The notes under the pieces are model-generated. The model was not told the origin of the DNA, did not search any database, and saw nothing but the letters and a program-made list of their open reading frames with translations. From Minisyncoccota bacterium (GTDB lineage: Bacteria > Patescibacteriota > Minisyncoccia > Phycocordibacterales > UBA9973), in the NCBI GenBank assembly GCA_036517215.1, contig DATDXF010000026.1:1-54583 (forward strand): a DNA stretch of 54,583 bases. Reading direction: 5' to 3'. The translations under genes and the position numbers were made by a program. This document shows positions 8,118 to 18,208 of the stretch, piece after piece; the first letter of the stretch is position 1, and every line of letters starts with the position of its first letter.

Positions 8118-11100
8118 ATGAAAACACTAAACACAACCGAATTTGATTCTATCGCACTCAGGCTCGCCAGCCCCGAGCAGATAAAAGAATGGTCCTTTGG
8201 GGAAGTTACCAAACCCGAAACCATAAACTACAGGACGGGCAGGAGCGAGCGCGGAGGCCTTTTCGACGAGAAAATTTTCGGACCGGAAAAAGACTATGAA
8301 TGTTACTGCGGAAAATACCGACGAATACGCTACAAAGATATCATCTGTGAAAAATGCGGAGTGGAAGTTACCCGCTCAATAGTGCGACGCGAGCGAATGG
8401 GGCACATAGAGCTTTCTACTCCCGTTTCGCATATTTGGTTCTTGCGCGGAGTGCCTTCCAGGATGAGCATTCTCCTCAATATATCCGTTTCCGACCTTGA
8501 GAAAGTCATATATTTTGCCGGGTACATAATCACCAAGGTTCACGAAGAAGAAAAAGAGTCGGTTTTGTCCGGGTTGGATAAGGAATACAAGACCAAACTT
8601 AAAAATTCCGCCGACGATGACACTAGGGAAAAGTTGAAAAACCTCCTGTCTATCACCAAAAAAGAAATAGGCGAAATATATGAAGGAAAAGTCCTGAATG
8701 AAATTTCGTTTCATCACTATTCCCTGAAGTACGGCACTTGTTTCGAAGCCAACATCGGAGCGGAAGCGATATATTCCATCTTTAAGAACCTTGATTTGAA
8801 TAAACTAAAACACCTCACGGAAAAGATGCTTGAAAAGGCGAGTGTGGCTGAAAAAGAAAAACTTCAGAAAAGGCTGTCCTTAATCCGTGCCATGACCTAT
8901 GCGGACATCAGGCCCGAATGGATGTTCCTGACCGTTATTCCGGTTATTCCGCCGGTCTTGCGGCCTATGGTAGCGCTCGACGGGGGCAGGCATGCGACTT
9001 CGGACTTGAACGACCTGTACCGAAGGGTTATCAACAGAAATAACCGCTTAAAGAAACTGAAAGAAATAAATGCTCCGGATGTGATTTTGCGAAACGAAAA
9101 AAGAATCATCCAGGAAGCCGTTGACGCGCTCATAGACAACTCTATTGCCAAGCAGAATGATTCTGCCGCGATGAGCCAGTCCCAGAAACGCCCGCTTAAA
9201 TCTCTCTCGGATAATTTGAAATCAAAGCAAGGATTGTTCAGGCAGAACTTGCTCGGTAAACGTGTGGACTATTCTGGACGTTCCGTCATCGTCGTCGGCC
9301 CCCAGCTCAAATTGAACCAATGCGGACTGCCGAAACACATGGCGCTTGAACTTTTCCGGCCTTTCGTTATTTCGAAAATCCTCCAAGCCGAACTGGCTTT
9401 CAACATCCGCGGAGCCAACAAGCTCATAGAAGAACGAACAAGCGAAGTTTGGGCAATGTTGGAAGAGGTAATCCAGGGTAAATACGTGCTCTTAAACCGC
9501 GCGCCGACGCTTCACCGCCTTGGTATTCAGGCTTTCAACCCAATCCTCATAGAAGGAAATGCTATCCAGGTTCACCCGCTTGTTTGTCAGGCTTTCAACG
9601 CCGACTTCGACGGAGACCAGATGGCAGTATATGTTCCTCTCCTTGAAGAAGCGCAATGGGAAGCGAAAGAACTCATGGCCGCGAATAAAAACCTGCTTAA
9701 GCCGCAGAACGGAGATCCGATAGTGCATCCGAGCAAGGACATAGTGCTCGGCAGTTACTGGATGACAAAATCAGTAGATGGAGAAGAAGGGGAGGGAAAA
9801 TATTTTTCCAGCCCTAACACCGCTATTACCGCTTATGATTACGGAGTGGTGACTCTTCGCGCGAAAATAAAAGTGCTTGCCACAGATTCTCCGAAATACA
9901 GAAAGTTCGGCGGCGGAATATTTGAAACTTCCGTAGGCAAGCTCCTTTTCAACAGCATCCTGCCAAACGACTTTGCTTATGTGAACGACGAAATGATACA
10001 GGACAGGCTTTCGTCTCTACTTGATGAGCTTATCGTGCACAACGGTGTGGATAACACTCCGCCGGTTCTCGACAAGATTAAAGAATTCGGATTCAAATAT
10101 TCCACTATCTCCGGTACGACCTGGGGGCTAGATAACGTTAAGGTTTCTCCCGAGAAGCCAAAAATTATCGCTCAAGGTAAAAAACTAGAAGAAGAAATCA
10201 TAGCCCAGTGGAGCGAAGGTTTGCTTTCGGAAGAAGAAAAGTACCAAAAAATTATTGAAATTTGGACACAAACAAAAAAAGATCTGGAAAAAGTTCTACC
10301 CGGCACTCTTGATAAGAATGGTTCTGCCTATGATTTAATTACTTCTAAAGCAAGGGGTGATATGAGATCTCTAACCCAAATGGTGGGTATGATTGGTCTT
10401 ATTCAGAATAACCAAGGTAAAATTCTGGAATTTCCGATTATCCCTTGTTACCAGGAAGGGCTTTCTCCGATTGAATATTTCGTTATTACCCACGGAGCTC
10501 GTAAGGGAGCATCCGACACCGCTCTTAACACGGCAAAAGCGGGATATTTGACCCGAAGACTCGTAGACGTGGCGCAGGACGTGGTAATCACCGAGGAAGA
10601 CTGCGGTACCAAAGAGGGAAAGATGGTTTCTAGAGAGAATATTTCCGGAATTGAAATTCCTCTTTCCAAGAACATAAGAGGGCGCGTGCTTGCCGGAGAT
10701 TTGAAGGATTCAAGCGGCAAGGTGCTTTACAAGAAAGGATTTCTTATTACCAAGGAAGAAGCCTACAATATTGAAGGAGCAGGATTTACAGAAGTATTTG
10801 TCCGTTCACCTCTTACCTGCAAAACAGTACACGGTCTTTGCGTGATGTGTTACGGTCTTGACCTTGGAAGAAACCGTCTTGTGGAACAAGGGGAGGCTGT
10901 AGGTATCATTGCTGCACAGGCTATCGGTGAACCCGGTACGCAGCTGACTCTCCGAACCTTCCATGCTGGAGGTGTCGCAGGAACAGATATCACCACTGGT
11001 TTGCCTCGTGTTGAAGAAATTTTTGAGCGCAGAATACCAAAAAATCCTGCGATAATTTCCGAAACTGACGGGGAGGTACTCGAAGTCAAAGCCAAAGACG

Positions 11101-11765
11101 CAAAAGAAAACGTCAGAGAAAAAGTAATTAAAGTGTTGTCAACCAGCAAGGAAGACGGCCTCGCCCATAGGTCTACGGCCGAGGGAAAGAAAAATGAAAT
11201 GGAGTATACGGTTGCTTTCCGCCGAACGCCGATAGTAAAAGCGGGGGACAAAGTCAAAAAAGGTCAATTGCTTACTGATGGTTCCGCCGACATAGCGGAA
11301 ATGTTCAAGTTGGGCAATAAAGAGCTGGTGGAAGAATATATCATAGAAGAAATAAACAAAGTTTACGAACTACAAAGCGCTTCGATTTCTAGAAAACACA
11401 CCGAGATAATAATCCGCCAAATGTTCTCACGTAGAAAGATAAAGGATGCCGGAGAGACAAACTTCTCCGCGGGCGACATAGTTGAAAATACGGCTTTCAT
11501 AGAAGAAAACGCGAGGGTAGAAGACATAAACGGCAAGAAAGCAACCGCGGAAACAGTGGTGCTAGGTATTACTGAAGTATCTCTCAGAACAAAGAGCTGG
11601 CTCTCTGCCGCATCGTTCCAAAACACAAACCGGGTTCTGATTGAAAACGCCATCAAGGGTGGGGTGGATTCTCTTCGGGGCTTGAAAGAAAATGTCATCA
11701 TAGGGCGGTTAATTCCAGCCGGAACTGGGTTCAATAGCAAAGTGCTCTCGACACAGGAGGAATAA
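8118..11765 (+). CDS. rpoC: DNA-directed RNA polymerase subunit beta'
   Basis: 1215 aa: zinc motif CYCGKYRRIRYKDIICEKCGVEV, NADFDGDQMAV active site, trigger-loop region. Confidence 0.98.
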   Translation: MKTLNTTEFDSIALRLASPEQIKEWSFGEVTKPETINYRTGRSERGGLFDEKIFGPEKDYECYCGKYRRIRYKDIICEKCGVEVTRSIVRRERMGHIELSTPVSHIWFLRGVPSRMSILLNISVSDLEKVIYFAGYIITKVHEEEKESVLSGLDKEYKTKLKNSADDDTREKLKNLLSITKKEIGEIYEGKVLNEISFHHYSLKYGTCFEANIGAEAIYSIFKNLDLNKLKHLTEKMLEKASVAEKEKLQKRLSLIRAMTYADIRPEWMFLTVIPVIPPVLRPMVALDGGRHATSDLNDLYRRVINRNNRLKKLKEINAPDVILRNEKRIIQEAVDALIDNSIAKQNDSAAMSQSQKRPLKSLSDNLKSKQGLFRQNLLGKRVDYSGRSVIVVGPQLKLNQCGLPKHMALELFRPFVISKILQAELAFNIRGANKLIEERTSEVWAMLEEVIQGKYVLLNRAPTLHRLGIQAFNPILIEGNAIQVHPLVCQAFNADFDGDQMAVYVPLLEEAQWEAKELMAANKNLLKPQNGDPIVHPSKDIVLGSYWMTKSVDGEEGEGKYFSSPNTAITAYDYGVVTLRAKIKVLATDSPKYRKFGGGIFETSVGKLLFNSILPNDFAYVNDEMIQDRLSSLLDELIVHNGVDNTPPVLDKIKEFGFKYSTISGTTWGLDNVKVSPEKPKIIAQGKKLEEEIIAQWSEGLLSEEEKYQKIIEIWTQTKKDLEKVLPGTLDKNGSAYDLITSKARGDMRSLTQMVGMIGLIQNNQGKILEFPIIPCYQEGLSPIEYFVITHGARKGASDTALNTAKAGYLTRRLVDVAQDVVITEEDCGTKEGKMVSRENISGIEIPLSKNIRGRVLAGDLKDSSGKVLYKKGFLITKEEAYNIEGAGFTEVFVRSPLTCKTVHGLCVMCYGLDLGRNRLVEQGEAVGIIAAQAIGEPGTQLTLRTFHAGGVAGTDITTGLPRVEEIFERRIPKNPAIISETDGEVLEVKAKDAKENVREKVIKVLSTSKEDGLAHRSTAEGKKNEMEYTVAFRRTPIVKAGDKVKKGQLLTDGSADIAEMFKLGNKELVEEYIIEEINKVYELQSASISRKHTEIIIRQMFSRRKIKDAGETNFSAGDIVENTAFIEENARVEDINGKKATAETVVLGITEVSLRTKSWLSAASFQNTNRVLIENAIKGGVDSLRGLKENVIIGRLIPAGTGFNSKVLSTQEE
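11158..11185. repeat. Short copy of the same G+C-rich palindromic element, embedded in frame in rpoC
   Basis: GCCTCGCCC-ATAGGT-CTACGGCCGAGGG. The 9-mer and 13-mer termini are identical to the rpoB copy. Confidence 0.65.
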
Positions 11766-11771
11766 AAATTT

Positions 11772-13496
11772 ATGAACTCTCCCGTTCTTAAAATTAAGGA
11801 GAGGCTATCAATTGAAGAAGTAGTCTCTTCTTATATAAAGCTTGACAGGGCAGGCGCGAATTTAAAAGCCAAGTGTCCTTTTCACAACGAAAAGACCCCA
11901 TCTTTCTTTATATCGCCCGACCGCGGGAGCTACTATTGCTTTGGCTGCGGAGCTTCCGGAGACATCTTTACTTTTGTGGAAGAGTTCGAAGGGCTGGACT
12001 TCAAGGGCGCGCTAAAGTTGCTCGCAGACAGGGCCGGAGTTCCGCTCGAGCCCTACAGCCGGGAAGCGGCGGAGAATAAAAGTGAAAAAGAAAAGCTATA
12101 CGAAGCCATGGAAGAGGCGGCGGAGTATTTTGAAAATAATCTGAAAGACCACGAGAATGTCTCTGATTATCTTAAAGTGCGTGGCTTGACCGAAAAAAGC
12201 GTGAAAGAGTTCAGGATTGGTTTTGCTCCGCTTGATTGGCGCCTATTGTATTTTTATCTGCAAAAAAAAGGTTTTAGCGATGACGTAATCGAAAAAGCCG
12301 GACTTGCAAAAAAATCCGAAAAAGGTTTTTATGACAGGTTCCGCGGTAGGATTATGTTTCCGATTGCGGACTCAAGCGGGCGGGTCATAGCGTTTTCCGG
12401 CAGGCTCTTCATTGATGATGAAAAATCGGCTAAATATTTAAACAGTCCGGAAACGCCTATTTTCAGCAAGAATGCGGTTCTTTACGGCATAGATAAAGCC
12501 AAAGATTCCATACGCAAAAATAATTTTTCTATATTGGTTGAAGGGCAGATGGATTTGATACTCTCGCACCAGACAGGCTACCGGAATACGGTCGCGACTT
12601 CCGGGACGGCTTTGTCGGATTCAACCGTTTCCAAAGAGCGGGTCGTAAGCAATCTGGGGCTTATACGCCGGTTGTCGGAGAACCTAGTGCTTGCCTTTGA
12701 CGCGGATAAAGCAGGGGCGAATGCCACTATCCGCGCGGGGAAAATAGCTCTTTCTCTCGGGATGGACGTGAAGGTGGTTGAAATCCCCGAAGGCATCGAC
12801 CCGGCAGACTTGATTAGTAAAACTGGAGCGGATGCTTGGCGTGAGGCTATTAAAAATTCTAAGCACGTCATTGAATTTCTTTTGAATAAGGCTTTGAAAA
12901 ACTTCGGCGTAGATGAACGCAGGGCGGGGAGAGCCATAAAAGAGATGGTACTGCCATTCGTAAGTTCTCTGTCAAGCTCGATAGAAAAAATGCACTTTAT
13001 CAAATTAATAAGCGACAAATCGGGGATAGGGCAGAGCGCTCTCTCGGATGATTTAAAAAAGATTGAGGAGGAGCTGAAGCATGAAAAAGAAGAAATAAAA
13101 GAAGCGGGGGAAGCACAGGCGAAAAAGCGCCGGAAAGACAACGTAGAAAGCGACTTACTCGGCATTGCGCTTTGGCAAGAGACGCTTCCAGAGCCTGTTG
13201 TGGATTTTAAAATGATTTTTGAAAAACTGGGAGAAACGGCGCAAAAGTACAAAGACACGAAAGAAGATTTGATATACAGAGCCGAAGTATTTTATACGAA
13301 TAATGAAAATTTGAAGAAAAGCGTGGAAGAAATGTTTTTTAACCTGGAAGAAGAAAATATAAATGAAGCCATAAATAGAAAAATGACCGAGCTCAAGGGG
13401 GCCGGGGATGAAGATTCGGGAAAAAAGATTTTACAGGAGATAAGTGATTTGAATAAAAAGAAAGAAAATATTAAAAATGGTCGCTTAAAAAAATAA
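11772..13496 (+). CDS. dnaG: DNA primase
   Basis: Zinc finger [30 protein letters not shown], followed by a TOPRIM region ([18 protein letters not shown]). Confidence 0.95.
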   Translation: MNSPVLKIKERLSIEEVVSSYIKLDRAGANLKAKCPFHNEKTPSFFISPDRGSYYCFGCGASGDIFTFVEEFEGLDFKGALKLLADRAGVPLEPYSREAAENKSEKEKLYEAMEEAAEYFENNLKDHENVSDYLKVRGLTEKSVKEFRIGFAPLDWRLLYFYLQKKGFSDDVIEKAGLAKKSEKGFYDRFRGRIMFPIADSSGRVIAFSGRLFIDDEKSAKYLNSPETPIFSKNAVLYGIDKAKDSIRKNNFSILVEGQMDLILSHQTGYRNTVATSGTALSDSTVSKERVVSNLGLIRRLSENLVLAFDADKAGANATIRAGKIALSLGMDVKVVEIPEGIDPADLISKTGADAWREAIKNSKHVIEFLLNKALKNFGVDERRAGRAIKEMVLPFVSSLSSSIEKMHFIKLISDKSGIGQSALSDDLKKIEEELKHEKEEIKEAGEAQAKKRRKDNVESDLLGIALWQETLPEPVVDFKMIFEKLGETAQKYKDTKEDLIYRAEVFYTNNENLKKSVEEMFFNLEEENINEAINRKMTELKGAGDEDSGKKILQEISDLNKKKENIKNGRLKK

Positions 13497-13503
13497 AATA
13501 ATT

Positions 13504-14730
13504 ATGAAAAAGAAAAACAAAAAATCAAACAAGAAAACCAAGGTCACCAAAAAAGCTAGAAAAGTAGTAAAAAAGGGAAAGCCAAAGAAGGTCAAAAAGC
13601 TAAAAAAGGCGATAAAAAAATCGCCGGGGAAAGAAAAGGGAAAGAAACTTTTGTCTTCGGGAAAAAAGGCTGAGAATATGAACCGTATCTCAAGCGAGCT
13701 CATAGAAAAAGGCAGAAAGAGGGGGTTCATAACGTATGACGAGATACTCAAAACTTTCCCGGATATAGAGAACAACATTTTGTTTTTGGACGAGCTGTAC
13801 GAAAAGTTTTCGGTGGCTGGCATAGATGTCCTCGAGGGCGGTAATTTGCTCAACTTGGATCTCGACCTCAACGACAAAGATCTAAACAAGGGCAGCATGC
13901 ATGATTCTATCCAGATGTACCTGAAAGAAATAGGGCAGTACCCACTTATTCACGCCGGAGACGAGAAAGACCTTGCGAAAAGAATCGAACATGGCGACCT
14001 GGAAGCTAAAAATTTGCTTGCGAGGGCGAATTTGCGCCTGGTAGTTTCCATAGCTAAAAAATATGTAGGCCGGTCGGCTAACTTAACCCTGCTTGACCTG
14101 ATACAGGAGGGAAATCTTGGCCTGTTCAAGGCCGTGGAGAAATTCGACTGGACAAAAGGATACAAGTTTTCCACATACGCTACCTGGTGGATACGTCAGT
14201 CTATCACCCGCGCGCTCGCCGACCAGTCTAGGACTATCCGCATTCCCGTGCACATGGTGGAGACTATTTCCAAATACAAGCAAGTGCACAGGAGGCTTTC
14301 CCAGGACCTGGGCAGGGAACCTCTTGCCGAGGAAATAGCCACGGAAATGGGAATCCCGGTTGAAAAAATCCATGTGATTGAAAATATTTCCCAGGAGACG
14401 GTATCTCTCGAACAGCCGGTAGGTGACGACGACGATAAGTCAACTCTGGAGAATTTTATTCCCGACGATAAGATTTTACGTCCCGACCAGGAATCTTCCC
14501 GCAGAATTCTTTCCGACCAGATTCGCGAAGTTTTGGACGAGCTTAATCCTAAGGAGCGTAAAATTCTTGAAATGCGCTACGGCCTTCTTGACGGTATTCA
14601 GCATACCCTGGAAAGAGTAGGAGAAGAATTCGGCGTGACGCGCGAACGCATACGACAGATTGAAGCCAAGGTGCATGAAAAACTCCGACAGCACGAAAAG
14701 ATATCAAGGCTGAAGAATTATTTCGACTAG
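13504..14730 (+). CDS. rpoD: Primary RNA polymerase sigma factor (sigma-70 family) with a lysine-rich N-terminus
   Basis: [54 protein letters not shown], and region 4 [14 protein letters not shown]. Confidence 0.95.
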   Translation: MKKKNKKSNKKTKVTKKARKVVKKGKPKKVKKLKKAIKKSPGKEKGKKLLSSGKKAENMNRISSELIEKGRKRGFITYDEILKTFPDIENNILFLDELYEKFSVAGIDVLEGGNLLNLDLDLNDKDLNKGSMHDSIQMYLKEIGQYPLIHAGDEKDLAKRIEHGDLEAKNLLARANLRLVVSIAKKYVGRSANLTLLDLIQEGNLGLFKAVEKFDWTKGYKFSTYATWWIRQSITRALADQSRTIRIPVHMVETISKYKQVHRRLSQDLGREPLAEEIATEMGIPVEKIHVIENISQETVSLEQPVGDDDDKSTLENFIPDDKILRPDQESSRRILSDQIREVLDELNPKERKILEMRYGLLDGIQHTLERVGEEFGVTRERIRQIEAKVHEKLRQHEKISRLKNYFD

Positions 14731-14872
14731 CGAGGAGTATGCGGAAGCTCGCTTACGTAATATCCGAGCGACGGCGAAACATTGTAACCAGTTATACTTC
14801 GATTAGAAGGAGGTAAAAGTGGGGCCAAGGGAGGAATTCTATCTTAAATAGAAATTAAAGACACTCCTCGGT

Positions 14873-15691
14873 TTAAGCAGCAATCTTATACCCTGTCGGA
14901 AGGCTCTCGAAATATTTATTGAGCTTTCGCAGATATTTAGCCTTACTTTCTGGCGAGACATTCGTATCTATGAAATCTGCTAGTGCTATGCGAACCTTAT
15001 CAGCGTTGGCCTCAGCCATAAGTAAATTTCTTTCAACTAAATCTAAATCTCCAATAACAAAATCGACTTTATTTTCAGATGTATCCACGAGAAAGAAAAA
15101 CGATTCATAAGGAAGGAAAATACCCTGCTCTCTGGCCTTTTCAGCCTCCCCGAAAATTTTTTCTAGAAAGGAATCTCCGGGATGTTTTGGGTCGGGTTCA
15201 AAATTCTCGATTTCTTTAAGTCGTTCATATCCTTTTGCCTCAAGATTTACAACCCCAGAAAATGGATTATCACGTTCTTTGTAAGTGTTCGTTCCAATAC
15301 ATATTCTATCTTTTAACTCCGCATGAGTCATCAGTATTGATTTTTTATCCTCTCCTAATCTGTAAGTAGTGAATACCTTAAGATTGGCTTTTTTAGCCTT
15401 CTCATATGTTTGCATGGAAGCCAACGCGGCTTCGTGAGGATCTTTTATTTTACATTCTTCACCGGGGTCGAATCTCTTTATCACAAATCTTAATTTTCTT
15501 GAGCCTAATTGCACTTCTGCATCATACACTTCTCCCCACGCTCCTCCAGCTATTCTCTTTTCTTCCAAAATCTTCAGTTCTGTTTCTCTCCCTTCAAAAT
15601 GCCGGAATGTAGTTTTTTCCTTCATATTGTTTATCGTATCATACGCCCAGTCGCGGTTCAATGTTACTTTTCCAGCACGAAAAGATATCAA
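14873..15691 (-). CDS. Hypothetical protein with protein-kinase-like motifs; start uncertain (TTG at 15691 or ATG at 15625)
   Basis: Gly-rich loop-like IAGGAWGEVY, then FVIKRF (VAIK-like), then a later IGDLD (DFG-like). Motif-level resemblance only. Confidence 0.4.
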   Translation of the reverse strand: MISFRAGKVTLNRDWAYDTINNMKEKTTFRHFEGRETELKILEEKRIAGGAWGEVYDAEVQLGSRKLRFVIKRFDPGEECKIKDPHEAALASMQTYEKAKKANLKVFTTYRLGEDKKSILMTHAELKDRICIGTNTYKERDNPFSGVVNLEAKGYERLKEIENFEPDPKHPGDSFLEKIFGEAEKAREQGIFLPYESFFFLVDTSENKVDFVIGDLDLVERNLLMAEANADKVRIALADFIDTNVSPESKAKYLRKLNKYFESLPTGYKIAA

Positions 15692-15694
15692 GGC

Positions 15695-16426
15695 TTATTT
15701 TAACGCAGAATCAATTTTTGGCTTTACCGTTACCCAGGATTCGGCTCCGTCAATAGTAGAAACTATTTTACCGCTTTTCAAGATAAATCCTTTTGGCGTA
15801 CCTGTTACTCCTGCAGCAGCTCCTTCTGCTTTGGATGCCAACACCACTTCCGTGTAACTAGTACTATCAAGGCACGCGTCAAATGCAGACGTGTCTAGTC
15901 CAAGGTTTTTAGCGAAAGATTTAAGAAAAGTATCGGAGAAAGCTCCTTTATTTTCTCCTTTTTGGTGCCCGTACAGATAGTCGTGATATTCCCAGAATTT
16001 CCCCTGTTCTTCCGCGCACCATCCCGCTTCAGCTGACCTTATGGATTCCGGTCCTAAAAATGGAAAATCTCTGTAAACAAATTTCACACTTCCATTATTT
16101 ATATATTCACTAAGCCCCGGCATGATAGGGGTCCAGGAAGGGTCTATCTGTTTCAAATATTTTTCCGCTTCGGAGCCTTCTTCCAGTCCGGAGATTGCCC
16201 CACAGAACGGGCATTGAAAATCTTCATACATAATTAAAGCAACTTTTGCCTTAGGGTCTCCCTTTATTCTTTCGCTTTTTCCTATCGGAGCTAGTGCCGT
16301 AACCGGAATGCCGTTACCGGTATTCGGGGAGATAGGCCCGGCTCCTTTTAAAAGTATTGCTCCCGCTATTAATGCCCCTGCTATTATTATTGCGCCCACT
16401 ATAGGCTTTTGGTCGTTATTTCCCAT
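15695..16426 (-). CDS. Membrane-anchored DsbA-like thiol:disulfide oxidoreductase
   Basis: N-terminal TM segment IVGAIIIAGALIAGAILL. CPFC active site in YEDFQCPFCGA. Thioredoxin-fold length. Confidence 0.75.
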   Translation of the reverse strand: MGNNDQKPIVGAIIIAGALIAGAILLKGAGPISPNTGNGIPVTALAPIGKSERIKGDPKAKVALIMYEDFQCPFCGAISGLEEGSEAEKYLKQIDPSWTPIMPGLSEYINNGSVKFVYRDFPFLGPESIRSAEAGWCAEEQGKFWEYHDYLYGHQKGENKGAFSDTFLKSFAKNLGLDTSAFDACLDSTSYTEVVLASKAEGAAAGVTGTPKGFILKSGKIVSTIDGAESWVTVKPKIDSALK

Positions 16427-16558
16427 ATTTTTATAAGTTATCTTTTGCTGTTAATATTGCCATTGTAGCATTTTTCCGCGCCATGGTATAATAGTGATAT
16501 TAACAATATTAGGTCTTTTTATAAATTAATTTGTTCCGCCGAGGCGGAACCAAAAAAT

Positions 16559-16849
16559 ATGTGTAATGCGAATGGAACTTGTGGTGGCTGTATGTGTATG
16601 TGCATGAAAATTGGCAAGTACTTGCTTGTCATAGGAGGTTTGAACTGGGGCTTGATGGGGGTGGCGCTTTTAATGGGCAATGGTAGCAACTGGAATGTTG
16701 TTAACTTGCTTCTCGGAAGTTGGCCAATAGTGGAAGGCATTGTTTACGTGCTTGTAGGCGTAGCAGCGGTAATGAAGCTTTTTGGCTGCAAGTGCAAAAA
16801 GTGTATGGCTGGTTGTGCGCCTATGAGGGAAATGGATAAAAAGATGTAA
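16559..16849 (+). CDS. DUF378-family small membrane protein with Cys-rich N- and C-terminal tails
   Basis: IGGLNWGLMGVA signature. Tails MCNANGTCGGCMCMCM and CKCKKCMAGC. Confidence 0.65.
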   Translation: MCNANGTCGGCMCMCMKIGKYLLVIGGLNWGLMGVALLMGNGSNWNVVNLLLGSWPIVEGIVYVLVGVAAVMKLFGCKCKKCMAGCAPMREMDKKM

Positions 16850-16850
16850 T

Positions 16851-16884
16851 CCGCCTCTACGGCGAGACGCCCTTGAGGCGATTT
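16851..16884 (+). terminator. Copy D of the double-hairpin element, directly after the DUF378 stop codon
   Basis: CCGCCTCTACGGCGAGACGCCCTTGAGGCGATTT. Confidence 0.5.
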
Positions 16885-16950
16885 AAAAATAATCCCTTTA
16901 CAACACAGGTGATTGTTTTTGTTTTGCATAAAAGCTCAATAAATGTTAGT

Positions 16951-18207
16951 ATGTCAATACTAATGACTTCAATTTTAGACGTTATTTTTTATATATTAAT
17001 ATTTTTATCCGTGTATGTGCAGGTGTTTTTCCTCATTACTTTCATTGAGAACAGGAAGAAAATCGTGACTAGGCACGGGGATGTCAAACTCTCGTTTTAT
17101 CCGGCAGTGACCGTGACGGTGCCTTGCTGGAACGAGGCGGACACAGTCGGTAAAACCGTGAACTCGCTTTTGAGCTTGAATTACCCGAAAGACAAACTTA
17201 AAATTTTTCTAATAGACGACGGTTCTACTGACAGCACTTTGAATGAGATAAATAAATTCAGAGAGTATCCGAATGTGACAATTTTCCAAAAGAAAAATGG
17301 AGGAAAACACACCGCGCTTAATCTAGGGCTCGAGAACCTGGAAACAGATTTCTTCGGATGTCTGGATGCGGACTCGGTCGCTCATCCAGACTCCCTGGTG
17401 CGTATAATGAGTTATTTTGAAAAAGACGAAAGCGCGATGGCGGTCGCCCCTTCGGTAACTGTTTATAACCCGAAAAATATCATTCAACACGCGCAAAAGG
17501 CGGAATACCATATGGGTGTTTACTTTAAAAAAATGCTCGGAACGCTGGGGGCCATAAACGTAACGCCCGGACCACTCACTGTTTTTAGAAAAAAAGTTTT
17601 TGACAACTTGGGTCCGTACAGACACGGGCACAGTACCGAAGACATGGAAATAGCTTATCGCATGCAAAAAAACAGGTACAAGATAGAGCACTGCAATGAT
17701 GCTTATGTGTACACCAATACGCCGAGAACAGTCCGTAAGCTTTATCGCCAAAGGCTGCGATGGATTTACGGTTTTATCAACAACACCATAGACTACCGGG
17801 AAGTTTTATTCAATAAAAAATACGGGAATTTTGCGACATTTACCCTGCCTATGGGCGTAATTTCTATTTTTGCGGTAAGTTTTCTGTTTGGGAGAATTAT
17901 GGTAAATATCTTCAACTTTATAAATCAAAAAATAATGCAGTTTACCACCGTGGGTTTCGACTTCAACGTCAAGGCTTTCAGTTTTGACCCTTTCTTTATA
18001 AACACGCAATCTTTCATTTTTCTGATCGGTCTCATATATCTGCTCGTAATTTTTGCAATACTTTTCGGACAAAAAATGACCAAAGAAAAACAGATGTTTT
18101 CCTTGCGCATACTTTACTTTTTCCCTGTTTTTGGAATCATTGCGCCTCTTTGGTTTTTAAAAGGAATATACAACACGATTTTATCCAGAAAGCCTTCCTG
18201 GAGATAA
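16951..18207 (+). CDS. Family 2 glycosyltransferase, processive (synthase-like), multi-TM
   Basis: VTVPCWNEADTV, FLIDDGSTDST, LDADS and the QRLRWIYG (QxxRW) motif, plus C-terminal TM helices. ATG at 16951 is preferred over the 16873 ORF start, which overlaps repeat D. Confidence 0.85.
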   Translation: MSILMTSILDVIFYILIFLSVYVQVFFLITFIENRKKIVTRHGDVKLSFYPAVTVTVPCWNEADTVGKTVNSLLSLNYPKDKLKIFLIDDGSTDSTLNEINKFREYPNVTIFQKKNGGKHTALNLGLENLETDFFGCLDADSVAHPDSLVRIMSYFEKDESAMAVAPSVTVYNPKNIIQHAQKAEYHMGVYFKKMLGTLGAINVTPGPLTVFRKKVFDNLGPYRHGHSTEDMEIAYRMQKNRYKIEHCNDAYVYTNTPRTVRKLYRQRLRWIYGFINNTIDYREVLFNKKYGNFATFTLPMGVISIFAVSFLFGRIMVNIFNFINQKIMQFTTVGFDFNVKAFSFDPFFINTQSFIFLIGLIYLLVIFAILFGQKMTKEKQMFSLRILYFFPVFGIIAPLWFLKGIYNTILSRKPSWR

Positions 18208-18208
18208 T

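Noticed and set aside
14800-14850. Strong SD (AAGGAGG) followed by a GTG and a 10-codon ORF in the rpoD / kinase-like convergent spacer
   Set aside because: It is too short to support as a gene and nothing else points to it. It may be fortuitous.
16873-16950. Upstream start (16873) of the GT2 ORF
   Set aside because: The first 26 codons overlap hairpin element D and are not glycosyltransferase-like. ATG at 16951 gives a typical N-terminal TM helix.
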